Positions 8,599-16,380 of a stretch of 35,721 nucleotides of DNA are shown here, in pieces. Below the pieces are notes generated by a model. The model saw nothing but the letters and a program-made list of their open reading frames with translations, was not told the DNA's origin and made no database searches. This DNA is from Eubacteriales Family XIII. Incertae Sedis bacterium (lineage in GTDB: Bacteria; Bacillota; Clostridia; Peptostreptococcales; Anaerovoracaceae), in contig JAISML010000104.1 of assembly GCA_031276775.1 (NCBI GenBank), positions 1 to 35,721 on the forward strand, given 5' to 3'. Positions within the stretch are counted from its first letter, which is position 1, and every line of letters begins with the position of its first letter. Made by a program: the position numbers and the translations under genes.

Positions 8599-9249
8599 AT
8601 GTGGGCGTATTTTGAAAAGTATCATTACAAGCTGACGGAGGCGCTGTCGGAGCATCTGGCCATCGTGGGGCTCACGTTGGTCATTTCCGTCGCGCTTGCG
8701 TCCGCGCTCACCCTGGCGATCATGCGCAGCCCCGGCCTGTCCGCCATCGTCATTCGCCTGTTCGGCAGCATTTACGCGATACCAAGCTTGGCGCTCTTTG
8801 CCATTCTCATCCCGTTTACGGGGATCGGGATGAAGACTGCCGTCTTGGTTTTGGTGCTCTACAACCAATTCCTGCTCATCCGGAATTTTATCGCGGGTCT
8901 GGATTCGGTGGATCCGCAGATCGTAGAGGCCGCTGCGGGCATGGGGATGCCGCCTTTGCGGATTTTGTTTCGGATCAAACTGCCGCTGGCTTTCCCCGTC
9001 ATACTGGCGGGCATTCATTTGGCGGTCATATCGACCATCGGAATCGCAACCATCGCAGCCGCCATCGGCGCCGGCGGGATCGGAACCATTCTCTTTGACG
9101 GTATGCGCACACGCAATCCCGTAAAGCTCGTGTGGGGCACGATCTTGGCGGGAGGTCTGGCGATCATCGCCAATCTGGCGCTCATCGGCATTGAGAAATT
9201 GGCGGCAAGGCGATTTCATTACGACGGAAACGCGCCGGGAAAACCGTGA
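8599..9249 (+). CDS. ABC transporter permease (OpuCD/OpuBD-like)
   Basis: 216 aa and about 5-6 TM helices. EAA-like loop EAAAGMGMPPLRILFRIKLPLAFP, paralogous to the permease half of 5106..6749. Confidence 0.88.
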   Translation: MWAYFEKYHYKLTEALSEHLAIVGLTLVISVALASALTLAIMRSPGLSAIVIRLFGSIYAIPSLALFAILIPFTGIGMKTAVLVLVLYNQFLLIRNFIAGLDSVDPQIVEAAAGMGMPPLRILFRIKLPLAFPVILAGIHLAVISTIGIATIAAAIGAGGIGTILFDGMRTRNPVKLVWGTILAGGLAIIANLALIGIEKLAARRFHYDGNAPGKP

Positions 9250-9380
9250 GCGGCCGCGCGGACGGTTCGGCGCGCATGCCGCGCGCCGGCTTGGATCGGA
9301 TGCGGTTGAAGAACGGCTGAAAATGGGAAAGAGTTTTGAAGCGCAAGGATTGAGAGAGGCAGAGGAACAAGGAGGAACCG

Positions 9381-10685
9381 ATGGCATACAGGGCATTCGA
9401 CGACGACACACTGGGTTTTACCACGAGGCAGCTTCACGCGGGCTACGATCCCGCGGAGCATCATTTGGCAAAGACGACGCCGATCTATCAAAATTCCGCA
9501 TTTGAGTTGGGGGATTTTGATCGGGGGATACGTTTGTTCTCCTTTGCCGAGGAAGGACATTCATACGGTCGCTATTCCAATCCCACAAACGACGTCTTGG
9601 AAAAACGGCTCAGTTCGCTTGAGGGCGGCGGCGCCGCGGTCGCGATGGCTTCGGGCATGTCCGTCATCGCAAACACCTTTCTCAATCTTGCGGTGGGCGG
9701 CGATGAGATCGTCGCGGCCAAAACGCTCTACGGCGGTTCACTCACCCTCCTAAAGAAGATACTGCCCCAATACGGGATCAAGGGCGTCTTTGCCGAGGAT
9801 TCGGACGATCCGTCCTCCTATGAGGCGGCTATCACCGACAGAACCAAAGCGGTGTTCATCGAAAGCCTCGGCAATCCGAACGCCAATATCGCCGACATGG
9901 AACGGATCGCGGAGATCGCGCATCGCCGCAACGTTCCGTTGGTCGTGGACAATACGTTCGCCACGCCCTATCTGTTCAAACCGTTTGACCATGGCGCCGA
10001 CGTCATCTGTTATTCCGCCACCAAGTATTTGGGCGGACACGGCACGCTCATCGCCGGCGTCGGCGTGGAAAAGGGCGGATTTGATTGGCTGAGCGGAAGA
10101 TATCCGCAATTTGAAAAGTTCTTTGAGGAAAACAGGGAGTATATCGCGGAAGAAACGCTGAAAAAGCACATGTTTTCCAAGCGGCTCAGGATGACGTACC
10201 TGTGCGACATGGGCGCCCACATGAGTCCCACCACCGCGTTTTACATCCTGCAGGGGATGGAAACCCTCTCGTTGCGCATGGAGCGGCATGTGCAAAATGC
10301 GCGGAAAGTGGCAGGGTTCCTCGCCTCCCATCCCGCCGTAAAGTCGGTGAGCTACCCGGGTTTGCCGGACAGCCCGTATTTCGCGTTGGCGGAAAAGTAT
10401 TTCCCGAAAGGACCGGGCGCCATCATCTCGTTTCGGATCAAAGGCGGACTCGATGCGGCAAAACGCGTGTTGGAGCGGGTTCGGCTCTTCGATTTCATGG
10501 TCAATGTGGGCGACGCCAAATCCCTCATCGTCCATGCCGCCACTTCCACGCATTTCGGTCAACCCGTCGAAGTGCAGGAAGCCGCCGGCGTTTTCGAGGA
10601 CACCATCAGGCTTTCCGTCGGCATCGAGGACGAGCAGGATCTCATCGCGGATCTGGATCAGGCGTTGCGCGGCATCGCGTCCTGA
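9381..10685 (+). CDS. metY: O-acetylhomoserine aminocarboxypropyltransferase/sulfhydrylase (PLP-dependent Cys/Met metabolism family)
   Basis: 434 aa. PLP-lysine context YSATKYLGGHG. N-terminal FTTRQLHAGYDP and SNPTNDVLE motifs typical of MetY/Met17. AAGGAGG SD at about 9369-9375. Confidence 0.9.
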   Translation: MAYRAFDDDTLGFTTRQLHAGYDPAEHHLAKTTPIYQNSAFELGDFDRGIRLFSFAEEGHSYGRYSNPTNDVLEKRLSSLEGGGAAVAMASGMSVIANTFLNLAVGGDEIVAAKTLYGGSLTLLKKILPQYGIKGVFAEDSDDPSSYEAAITDRTKAVFIESLGNPNANIADMERIAEIAHRRNVPLVVDNTFATPYLFKPFDHGADVICYSATKYLGGHGTLIAGVGVEKGGFDWLSGRYPQFEKFFEENREYIAEETLKKHMFSKRLRMTYLCDMGAHMSPTTAFYILQGMETLSLRMERHVQNARKVAGFLASHPAVKSVSYPGLPDSPYFALAEKYFPKGPGAIISFRIKGGLDAAKRVLERVRLFDFMVNVGDAKSLIVHAATSTHFGQPVEVQEAAGVFEDTIRLSVGIEDEQDLIADLDQALRGIAS

Positions 10686-10696
10686 TCCGGCTTGCC

Positions 10697-10726
10697 TTGC
10701 GCCCCCGCTTTTTCGGATGATATAAT
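10697..10726 (+). promoter_or_regulatory. Candidate promoter with extended -10 (ATGATATAAT) for the sugar transferase gene
   Basis: TTGCGC (10697-10702), 18-nt spacer, TGaTATAAT (10718-10726). The same 10-mer ATGATATAAT recurs at 12835-12844 and 27148-27157, each time intergenic and upstream of a + gene. Confidence 0.45.
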
Positions 10727-10732
10727 GTGCCC

Positions 10733-11413
10733 ATGGGTACGTTTTACGGAAAAGTGGTCAAGCGCCTGCTGGACGTTGCGGGTTCCGGTCTTTTGTTGGT
10801 TGCGCTTTCCCCTGCGCTTGCCGTTCTCGCGCTGTTGGTCGCGATGCGGTTGGGACGGCCGGTCTTTTTTCGCCAGCAGCGGCCGGGACGGGACGGGAAA
10901 GTCTTCGGGATATGCAAATTCCGGACGATGACGGAGGAAAGGAACGCCGCCGGTGAGCCGCTTCCCGACGCCGACCGGCTGACGGAATTCGGCGCGTTTC
11001 TCAGGAGAACCTCTTTGGACGAGTTGCCGGAGTTGGTCAACATCCTGAAAGGGGATATGAGTTTTGTGGGTCCCAGACCTTTGCTTGTCAAATATCTGCC
11101 GCTCTACAGTCCGGAACAGGCGCGCCGCCACGCGGTGCGGCCGGGCCTGACCGGCTGGGCGCAGGTCAACGGTCGCAATGCCGTCGCCTGGGAACAAAAG
11201 TTTCAATACGATGTTTGGTATGTCGATCACCTCTCTTTCGGCTTGGATATGAAAATTCTCGGCAGGACTGTAAAGACCGTGATCGGAAAGAAAGACGTTT
11301 CACAGGCAGGAAGCGTCACGACGGAAGAGTTTTTGGGCAACGCGAAGAGACCGGAACAGGTGCGGCGTGACATTTCGGTCGGGGCGGCGGACACGGTGGG
11401 GCGGGATGTGTAA
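10733..11413 (+). CDS. Undecaprenyl-phosphate sugar phosphotransferase (small monotopic PGT, PglC/WbaP C-terminal/EpsL type)
   Basis: [18 protein letters not shown] ... [12 protein letters not shown] ... KFRTM ... [21 protein letters not shown] is the bacterial sugar transferase signature. ATG 10733 is preferred because the track start GTG 10727 abuts the -10 hexamer. Confidence 0.88.
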   Translation: MGTFYGKVVKRLLDVAGSGLLLVALSPALAVLALLVAMRLGRPVFFRQQRPGRDGKVFGICKFRTMTEERNAAGEPLPDADRLTEFGAFLRRTSLDELPELVNILKGDMSFVGPRPLLVKYLPLYSPEQARRHAVRPGLTGWAQVNGRNAVAWEQKFQYDVWYVDHLSFGLDMKILGRTVKTVIGKKDVSQAGSVTTEEFLGNAKRPEQVRRDISVGAADTVGRDV

Positions 11414-12086
11414 GGAAATGTACATCGTAGGCGCGGGGGACTTCGGCAAGGAGATCGCGGACACGATCGCCGCGATCGATCGCGCGGGGCGATCCCTGCG
11501 CGTCGCGGGTTACATCGACGACGATCCGTCGCGCAAAGGTGAAACGCTGAACGGCGTCAGGATTCTCGGGGATACGGACGCGCTGATTCGGATCAGCCGC
11601 GCAATGATGCGCGGCGGCGCTCCGGGGGATGCCGGCGCACGGCCCCTTGCCGTCCTGTCCGTTTCGGATCCTTTGATGAAAAACCGTCTCGCGGAGAAAT
11701 TGGACAGTCACGTGATCTGGGAGAGCGTCGTCCATCCTGCGGCGAACGTTTCCCCGTACGCGACGCTCGGCAAAGGCGTCGTCGTGCAACCGTCCGTCTA
11801 CATCGGTCCCAATGCCGCCGTAGGAGATCATGCGCACATCAATGCCTTGAGTTGCATCGGCCATGACGTGCGGATCGGCGCTTTCGCTTCCGTCATGGTC
11901 CGATCCGCGCTTTCCGGGCGCGCGTCCCTTGGCCGCTGCGGGTATATTGCCTCGGGCGTGACGGTTTTGCCGGGGGTATGCATCGGTGAGAATGCGCGCA
12001 TCGGCGCGGGCGCCGTGGTCACGAAAGACGTCCCTGCGGATGTGATCGCGTACGGCGCGCCCTGCAAAGTGATCCGCGCGCGGTGA
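11406..12086 (+). CDS. Hexapeptide-repeat sugar acetyltransferase (NeuD/PglD/VioB family)
   Basis: N-terminal Rossmann-like [17 protein letters not shown]-terminal left-handed beta-helix repeats ([31 protein letters not shown] ... [13 protein letters not shown]). Start is ATG 11406 (overlapping the upstream stop) or ATG 11418. Confidence 0.8.
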   Translation: MCKEMYIVGAGDFGKEIADTIAAIDRAGRSLRVAGYIDDDPSRKGETLNGVRILGDTDALIRISRAMMRGGAPGDAGARPLAVLSVSDPLMKNRLAEKLDSHVIWESVVHPAANVSPYATLGKGVVVQPSVYIGPNAAVGDHAHINALSCIGHDVRIGAFASVMVRSALSGRASLGRCGYIASGVTVLPGVCIGENARIGAGAVVTKDVPADVIAYGAPCKVIRAR

Positions 12087-12122
12087 ACCGCCGGTTTGGA
12101 TCCCGGGCGTCCGCCGGCGGCG

Positions 12123-12629
12123 TCAACGCTCCACAATCGAAGCGTTCTTCGCCTTTGTCCGGAGTGTCTCGGCCAAGAGACGCCACTCCGGTTTCGGATC
12201 CAAATCCTGCGCGTTGAAACGGTATTTGAGATTCAGGTTCGGAACCGAAATCCTGATATATTCTTTGCCGGGCAGCGTGTAGATCTTCACCTCTCCGATT
12301 TCGGCATAGGGGACTTGGACGAGCTTTCCGCGGTATCCCCGGACGCAATTGAACTTCAACCAATTTTCGGAGAGCAGAATGGTTCCGCCGTTCCCGTTCA
12401 ATGCCCGGGTCTTTAAAAGATTGTGGACGAAAGACAGGATCAGAACCGCGCCGAACACGATCACGATGAGGTTTCCCAACCCGTCGGGAAGGTCGATTCG
12501 GAGGGTTCTGTACCGCAGGTAGTCAAAGTCCGCGAAAAACGTTGCGATGATGAGCGCCGCTCCCAGCAGCGCGACCAGGATGCCGGAATGCGCATAGGCT
12601 CTCTTGTATCGGATTTCTGTGTCGTTCAT
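12123..12629 (-). CDS. Hypothetical small membrane protein (two TM helices plus a ~95-aa soluble C-terminal domain, possibly bacterial PH-like)
   Basis: The only credible minus-strand gene. ATG at 12629 is preceded by AAGGAG (reverse complement of ctcctt at 12640-12645). TM helices GILVALLGAALIIATFF and LIVIVFGAVLILSFV. No family recognised with certainty. Confidence 0.6.
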   Translation of the reverse strand: MNDTEIRYKRAYAHSGILVALLGAALIIATFFADFDYLRYRTLRIDLPDGLGNLIVIVFGAVLILSFVHNLLKTRALNGNGGTILLSENWLKFNCVRGYRGKLVQVPYAEIGEVKIYTLPGKEYIRISVPNLNLKYRFNAQDLDPKPEWRLLAETLRTKAKNASIVER

Positions 12630-12651
12630 GCGTGAATACTCCTTTGGGTTT

Positions 12652-12708
12652 GGTCGTTGCCGATTTGTTTGGGCGTTGCCGATTTATCCGGGCGCTGCCA
12701 ATTTCGAT
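12652..12708. repeat. Three tandem 19-bp direct repeats in the leader of the minus-strand gene
   Basis: The three units are GGTCGTTGCCGATTTGTTT, GGGCGTTGCCGATTTATCC and GGGCGCTGCCAATTTCGAT. Units 1/2 share 15 of 19 positions and units 2/3 share 13 of 19. Each contains a GGC-N3-GCC mini-dyad. Confidence 0.65.
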
Positions 12709-12739
12709 GTTGCGCAAAGCAAAAAATGATCTCCGGTTA

Positions 12740-12769
12740 AGTTTACATAAAGTGGAGTTGTATTGTCAA
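12740..12769 (-). promoter_or_regulatory. Candidate promoter for the minus-strand gene
   Basis: Read on the minus strand: TTGACA (12769-12764), 18-nt spacer, TAAACT (12745-12740). This predicts a ~100-nt leader containing the 19-bp repeats. Confidence 0.4.
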
Positions 12770-12814
12770 GATATATTTTGGGCTGCGCCGACCCCCGGTT
12801 TGCGCAAAAAAATA

Positions 12815-12844
12815 TTGATGCGGGCGCGCGTTTCATGATATAAT
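12815..12844 (+). promoter_or_regulatory. Candidate rplS promoter
   Basis: TTGATG (12815-12820), 18-nt spacer, TGaTATAAT (12836-12844), preceded by an A-tract. About 88 nt upstream of the rplS ATG. Confidence 0.5.
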
Positions 12845-12932
12845 CCCTTTTGTTGTTGCGAGCGGTCCTCTGGTCATTGCAATCGGGCGATGGACGCCAA
12901 GAACGTTTCGGGAGTCGGGGAGGAAATAACGA

Positions 12933-13280
12933 ATGAATATTTTGGATGCGGTGACGCAGGAATATCTGCGGACAGACATCCCCAAGATCAAAATCGGGGA
13001 TACGGTCAAGGTACACATCAAGATCAAGGAAGGCGCCAGGGAGCGGATTCAGATCTTTGAGGGGTTCGTGCTGAAGAAGCAGAACGGCGGCGTCTCGGAG
13101 ACTTTCACGGTGCGGCGCATCGCGTCGGGCGTCGGCGTTGAAAAGACGTTTCCGATCAATTCGCCGAAGATCGACAAGGTTGAAGTCGTCAAGCACGGTT
13201 TTGTCCGCAGGGCCAAGCTCAATTACATGCGGCAGCGGACGGGCAAGTCCGCGAGGATTCGCAGCAAGGAACTGAGGTAA
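12933..13280 (+). CDS. rplS: 50S ribosomal protein L19
   Basis: 115 aa. [63 protein letters not shown] is unmistakably L19. GGGGAGGAA SD upstream. Confidence 0.95.
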   Translation: MNILDAVTQEYLRTDIPKIKIGDTVKVHIKIKEGARERIQIFEGFVLKKQNGGVSETFTVRRIASGVGVEKTFPINSPKIDKVEVVKHGFVRRAKLNYMRQRTGKSARIRSKELR

Positions 13281-13351
13281 CCGTCTCCTTTCTTTTGCGC
13301 TGTCCGGCGTCGGGACGATCGGGCGACCGGGCGGAACGCCGGGGAAACGCA

Positions 13352-14362
13352 ATGGAACACATTAATTGGTATCCGGGCCATATGAAGAAGACGCGGGAGC
13401 TCATCGCCGCGAACCTGAAGTTGGTCGACGCGGTCGTCGAGGTCTGTGACGCGCGCATACCCGTATCGAGCGAAAATCCCATCATCGACGCGTTGGTGGG
13501 AGACAAGCGGCGCGTGCGCGTCCTGAACAAGAGCGACCTGGCGGACGAGCGCGCGACCAAGGCGTGGCTTGAACATTATCGGCGCGGCGCCGGGGCGGAT
13601 CTGCGCGCCGTGCTCGCGTTGAACAGCTTGCATGCGCAAAGCGCGCATATCCTGTTGAAAAAACTCGAAACGATGGAAGACGGCATGAATCGGAAACGGG
13701 GGCGGGACGCGCCGGTTCGGCGCCGCGCCGATCGGTCTGCGGGGAAGTCCGCCGACGGTTTGCGCCTTTCGAACTGTTATCGCGGAAACGCTCTGCGCGT
13801 TATGGTCGTCGGCATCCCCAATGTGGGAAAATCCTCCCTTATCAACAGATTGGTGGGCAGAAAGAGCGCCGCGACCGGAGACAGACCGGGCGTGACGCGG
13901 GGCAAGCAATGGCTTACGCTCCTCAACGGTATGCAACTGCTCGATACGCCGGGCATTCTTTGGCCGAAATTCGAGGATCCGGACGTCGGTCTGCATCTCG
14001 CTTTCTGCGGTTCCATCCGGGATGAGATCATGGATGTCGCGGATCTGGGTTTGGAACTCATCCGTCTGCTTGCGCGGGAGTATCCGGACATGCTTGCGGC
14101 GCGGTTTCGCCTTGACCTGTCCGATCTGCGGGAAGCGGGGATGTCCGGCGACGCGGATGCGCGGAATGCGTGCGCGGGCAGGGACGGCGCGTCGGACGGA
14201 TCGGCTGATTTCGCGCTCGGGATCATGGAGCGGATTGCGATCCGGCGCGGTTTTGTGCTGTCGGGCGGTCGGATCGATTACAACCGCGCGGCGAATGCCG
14301 TGCTCGATGAATTTCGTTCCTGTAAGATTGGGCGCATCACCTTGGAACGTCCGCCCGCGTGA
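13352..14362 (+). CDS. rbgA: Ribosome biogenesis GTPase A (YlqF/RbgA, circularly permuted GTPase)
   Basis: INWYPGHMKK start motif. Permuted G motifs (LNKSDL, then GIPNVGKSSLINRL, then DTPGILWPKF). B. subtilis-like position after rplS. ATG 13352 is preferred over the track start 13295. Confidence 0.9.
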   Translation: MEHINWYPGHMKKTRELIAANLKLVDAVVEVCDARIPVSSENPIIDALVGDKRRVRVLNKSDLADERATKAWLEHYRRGAGADLRAVLALNSLHAQSAHILLKKLETMEDGMNRKRGRDAPVRRRADRSAGKSADGLRLSNCYRGNALRVMVVGIPNVGKSSLINRLVGRKSAATGDRPGVTRGKQWLTLLNGMQLLDTPGILWPKFEDPDVGLHLAFCGSIRDEIMDVADLGLELIRLLAREYPDMLAARFRLDLSDLREAGMSGDADARNACAGRDGASDGSADFALGIMERIAIRRGFVLSGGRIDYNRAANAVLDEFRSCKIGRITLERPPA

Positions 14363-14378
14363 AACGAAAGGGGAGACG

Positions 14379-15140
14379 GTGAACCGATCGGCGCGTGATC
14401 TGTTGCTCCGGGAGAAGCTCGCGGAGATGAAACGGTACGAATCCGCGCTTTATGCGCGGGGTCTCATGTATGTGGCGGGCGTCGATGAGGTTGGGCGCGG
14501 TCCTTTGGCCGGTCCGGTCTGCGCGGCGGCGGTCGTGCTGCCTCCCGATTTCGATGTGCTCGGCGTCGATGATTCGAAGAAACTTTCCGAAAAAAAGAGG
14601 GAGTCGCTGTACGCGCTGATCACCGAGCGGGCGCTTGCGTGGGGCGTCGGCTTTGCGGACAACGAACGCATCGACGGGATCAACATTTTGAACGCCACCA
14701 AGGAAGCCATGCTTGCGGCGCTCCGTGAGGCCGAGGCAGGGTTACGGAAAAAATGCGGTGAACGGGAAAGACGGGAGGATCGGGGAGACGTCGTTCTTTC
14801 CGGGATTTCAGATCCGAATGCGTCGGACGCCCGGGATTCGGCGCATGTCATCGATCATGTCCTCGTGGACGCCGTCGCCCTGCCTGAGGCGGGCATTCCG
14901 GTTACGGCCATCGTAAAGGGCGATCAAAAGAGCGTGTCCGTCGCGGCGGCTTCCATCGTCGCAAAAGTCACGCGGGACAGACTGATGATACGCCTTGACG
15001 CCGTTTATCCGGGCTATGCGTTCGCGTCCAACAAAGGCTATGGCACGAAAGCGCATTATGAAGGGCTCGCCAAGCTGGGACTTACGCCCATCCACCGGCG
15101 GACGTTTTGCGGGGCGCGGGACGTTTCCCCAAATCCGTGA
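14379..15140 (+). CDS. rnhB: Ribonuclease HII
   Basis: GVDEVGRGPLAGPV, DSKKLSEKKRE, SIVAKVTRDRLM and NKGYGTKAH motifs. GTG 14379 follows AAAGGGGAG. The track start 14022 lies inside rbgA and is rejected. Confidence 0.9.
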   Translation: MNRSARDLLLREKLAEMKRYESALYARGLMYVAGVDEVGRGPLAGPVCAAAVVLPPDFDVLGVDDSKKLSEKKRESLYALITERALAWGVGFADNERIDGINILNATKEAMLAALREAEAGLRKKCGERERREDRGDVVLSGISDPNASDARDSAHVIDHVLVDAVALPEAGIPVTAIVKGDQKSVSVAAASIVAKVTRDRLMIRLDAVYPGYAFASNKGYGTKAHYEGLAKLGLTPIHRRTFCGARDVSPNP

Positions 15141-15394
15141 GGACGGAACGGATTGCGCTGCGGCCCGCCGACCCCTAAGCAGTCGCCGGTGTCGGCCGCA
15201 ACGATCCTTTCCGCGCTTTTTTGCTGTACGAACGCCGCAATATTATGTATAATAACAGGGTAGCGGTCATTGAAAAGGCAACCCCGGCGACACTGTGAAA
15301 ACACGGAGGTCAGCGTTTGTTCCGCAGCGCGTAACGGAACCGTTCCCGCGTCGTTGTCGTATCCCGGACAGGAAAGGTCAAAAGGAGTGCGAGT

Positions 15395-16342
15395 GTGAAG
15401 ATAACCGAACTGTTGAAAGAGAAGAACACGTTTTCGTTCGAGGTGTTCCCTCCCAAAGAGGCTTGTTCGTTGGACGCGCTCGGGGAAACGCTGACGAATC
15501 TCTGCGCTTTCGATCCGGATTTCATCAGCATTACGTATGGCGCCGGCGGGAGCAACGAGGGCCGTTCCGTCGATGTCTGCCGCCTGGTGCAGGCGCGGGG
15601 CCGCACGGCCGTGCCGCATTTCACCTGCATCGGCAACACGCGCGCGAAGATAGACGGGTACATCAAAAATTACCTCGATTTGGGCATGGAAAACGTCCTT
15701 CTGCTCCGCGGCGATCTGCCCGACGGTTGGACGGGTACGATGGGCGATTTCATGCATGCCGACAGTCTGATCGCGTATTTCAAAGAGAAGCATCCGGATC
15801 TGGCTTTGGGCGCCGCCTGTTATCCCGAGATCCACATCGAATCGGCAACGTTGGAGGACGACGTGCGATATTTGAAGCGGAAGCAGGATGCGGGCGCGGA
15901 GTTTTTCATGGCGCAGCTTTGCCACGATGTGACGGCATACGAACGTTTCATCGAAACCGTTCGGCGGGCGGGCGTCACGGTTCCCGTGGTGGTGGGCGTC
16001 ATGCCAATCCTGTCGCGGGCGGGCGTCATTCGCATGACCCTGTCCAACGGTTGTTCCATTCCTGCGGAACTTGCGGCGATCATCGGGAAATACGAGGATG
16101 ACGAACAGGGTTTCCTCGAAGCGGGAAAGGCATTCACCGTCCGGCTGATCGAGCGGTATATCGCCGCCGGCGCGCGGGGTTTGCACATCTATACCCTCAA
16201 CAAATACAAGGATGTCGCGGAGATCGTCGCGCACTGTGATATGACGCGGTTTCGCGCGGGACGCGGGACGGTGCGGGGCGCGGGCGACGCGGAGCGCATC
16301 GGAGGCGACGGTGCGGATCGGCGTTTCCGCAGGGAACGATAG
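15395..16342 (+). CDS. metF: 5,10-methylenetetrahydrofolate reductase
   Basis: [10 protein letters not shown] ... [11 protein letters not shown] ... HFTCIG ... LLLRGD motifs of the MetF family. GTG start with AAAAGGAG SD. R/G/D-rich ~35-aa C-terminal tail. Confidence 0.88.
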   Translation: MKITELLKEKNTFSFEVFPPKEACSLDALGETLTNLCAFDPDFISITYGAGGSNEGRSVDVCRLVQARGRTAVPHFTCIGNTRAKIDGYIKNYLDLGMENVLLLRGDLPDGWTGTMGDFMHADSLIAYFKEKHPDLALGAACYPEIHIESATLEDDVRYLKRKQDAGAEFFMAQLCHDVTAYERFIETVRRAGVTVPVVVGVMPILSRAGVIRMTLSNGCSIPAELAAIIGKYEDDEQGFLEAGKAFTVRLIERYIAAGARGLHIYTLNKYKDVAEIVAHCDMTRFRAGRGTVRGAGDAERIGGDGADRRFRRER

Positions 16343-16380
16343 GCGTGTATTCACGGGGCGGAAAGGAGACAATCAGCAAA

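Noticed and set aside
9250-9380. Possible S-box/SAM riboswitch or terminator upstream of metY
   Set aside because: The gap is only 131 nt and lacks the SAM-I core sequences. The 8-bp GC hairpin at 9268-9288 (CGGCGCGC-atgcc-GCGCGCCG) has no U-tract, so it is not a canonical intrinsic terminator.
12088-12120. GC-rich hairpins as terminators (CCGCCGG ... CCGGCGG between the convergent genes; also 18097-18120 between fhs and fchA; palindrome GGGAAGCGCTTCCC near 18812-18825)
   Set aside because: None is followed by a U-run. They may form structures, but they cannot be called intrinsic terminators from sequence alone.
14022-14378. Upstream extensions of track ORFs (rnhB from 14022, valS from 21428, fchA from 18137, folD from 18864, larC from 20745, ABC ATPase from 7716, Opu fusion from 5025)
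   Set aside because: The extensions overlap the preceding genes or encode R-rich junk. Conserved N-termini and SD sequences support the downstream starts given in the feature list.
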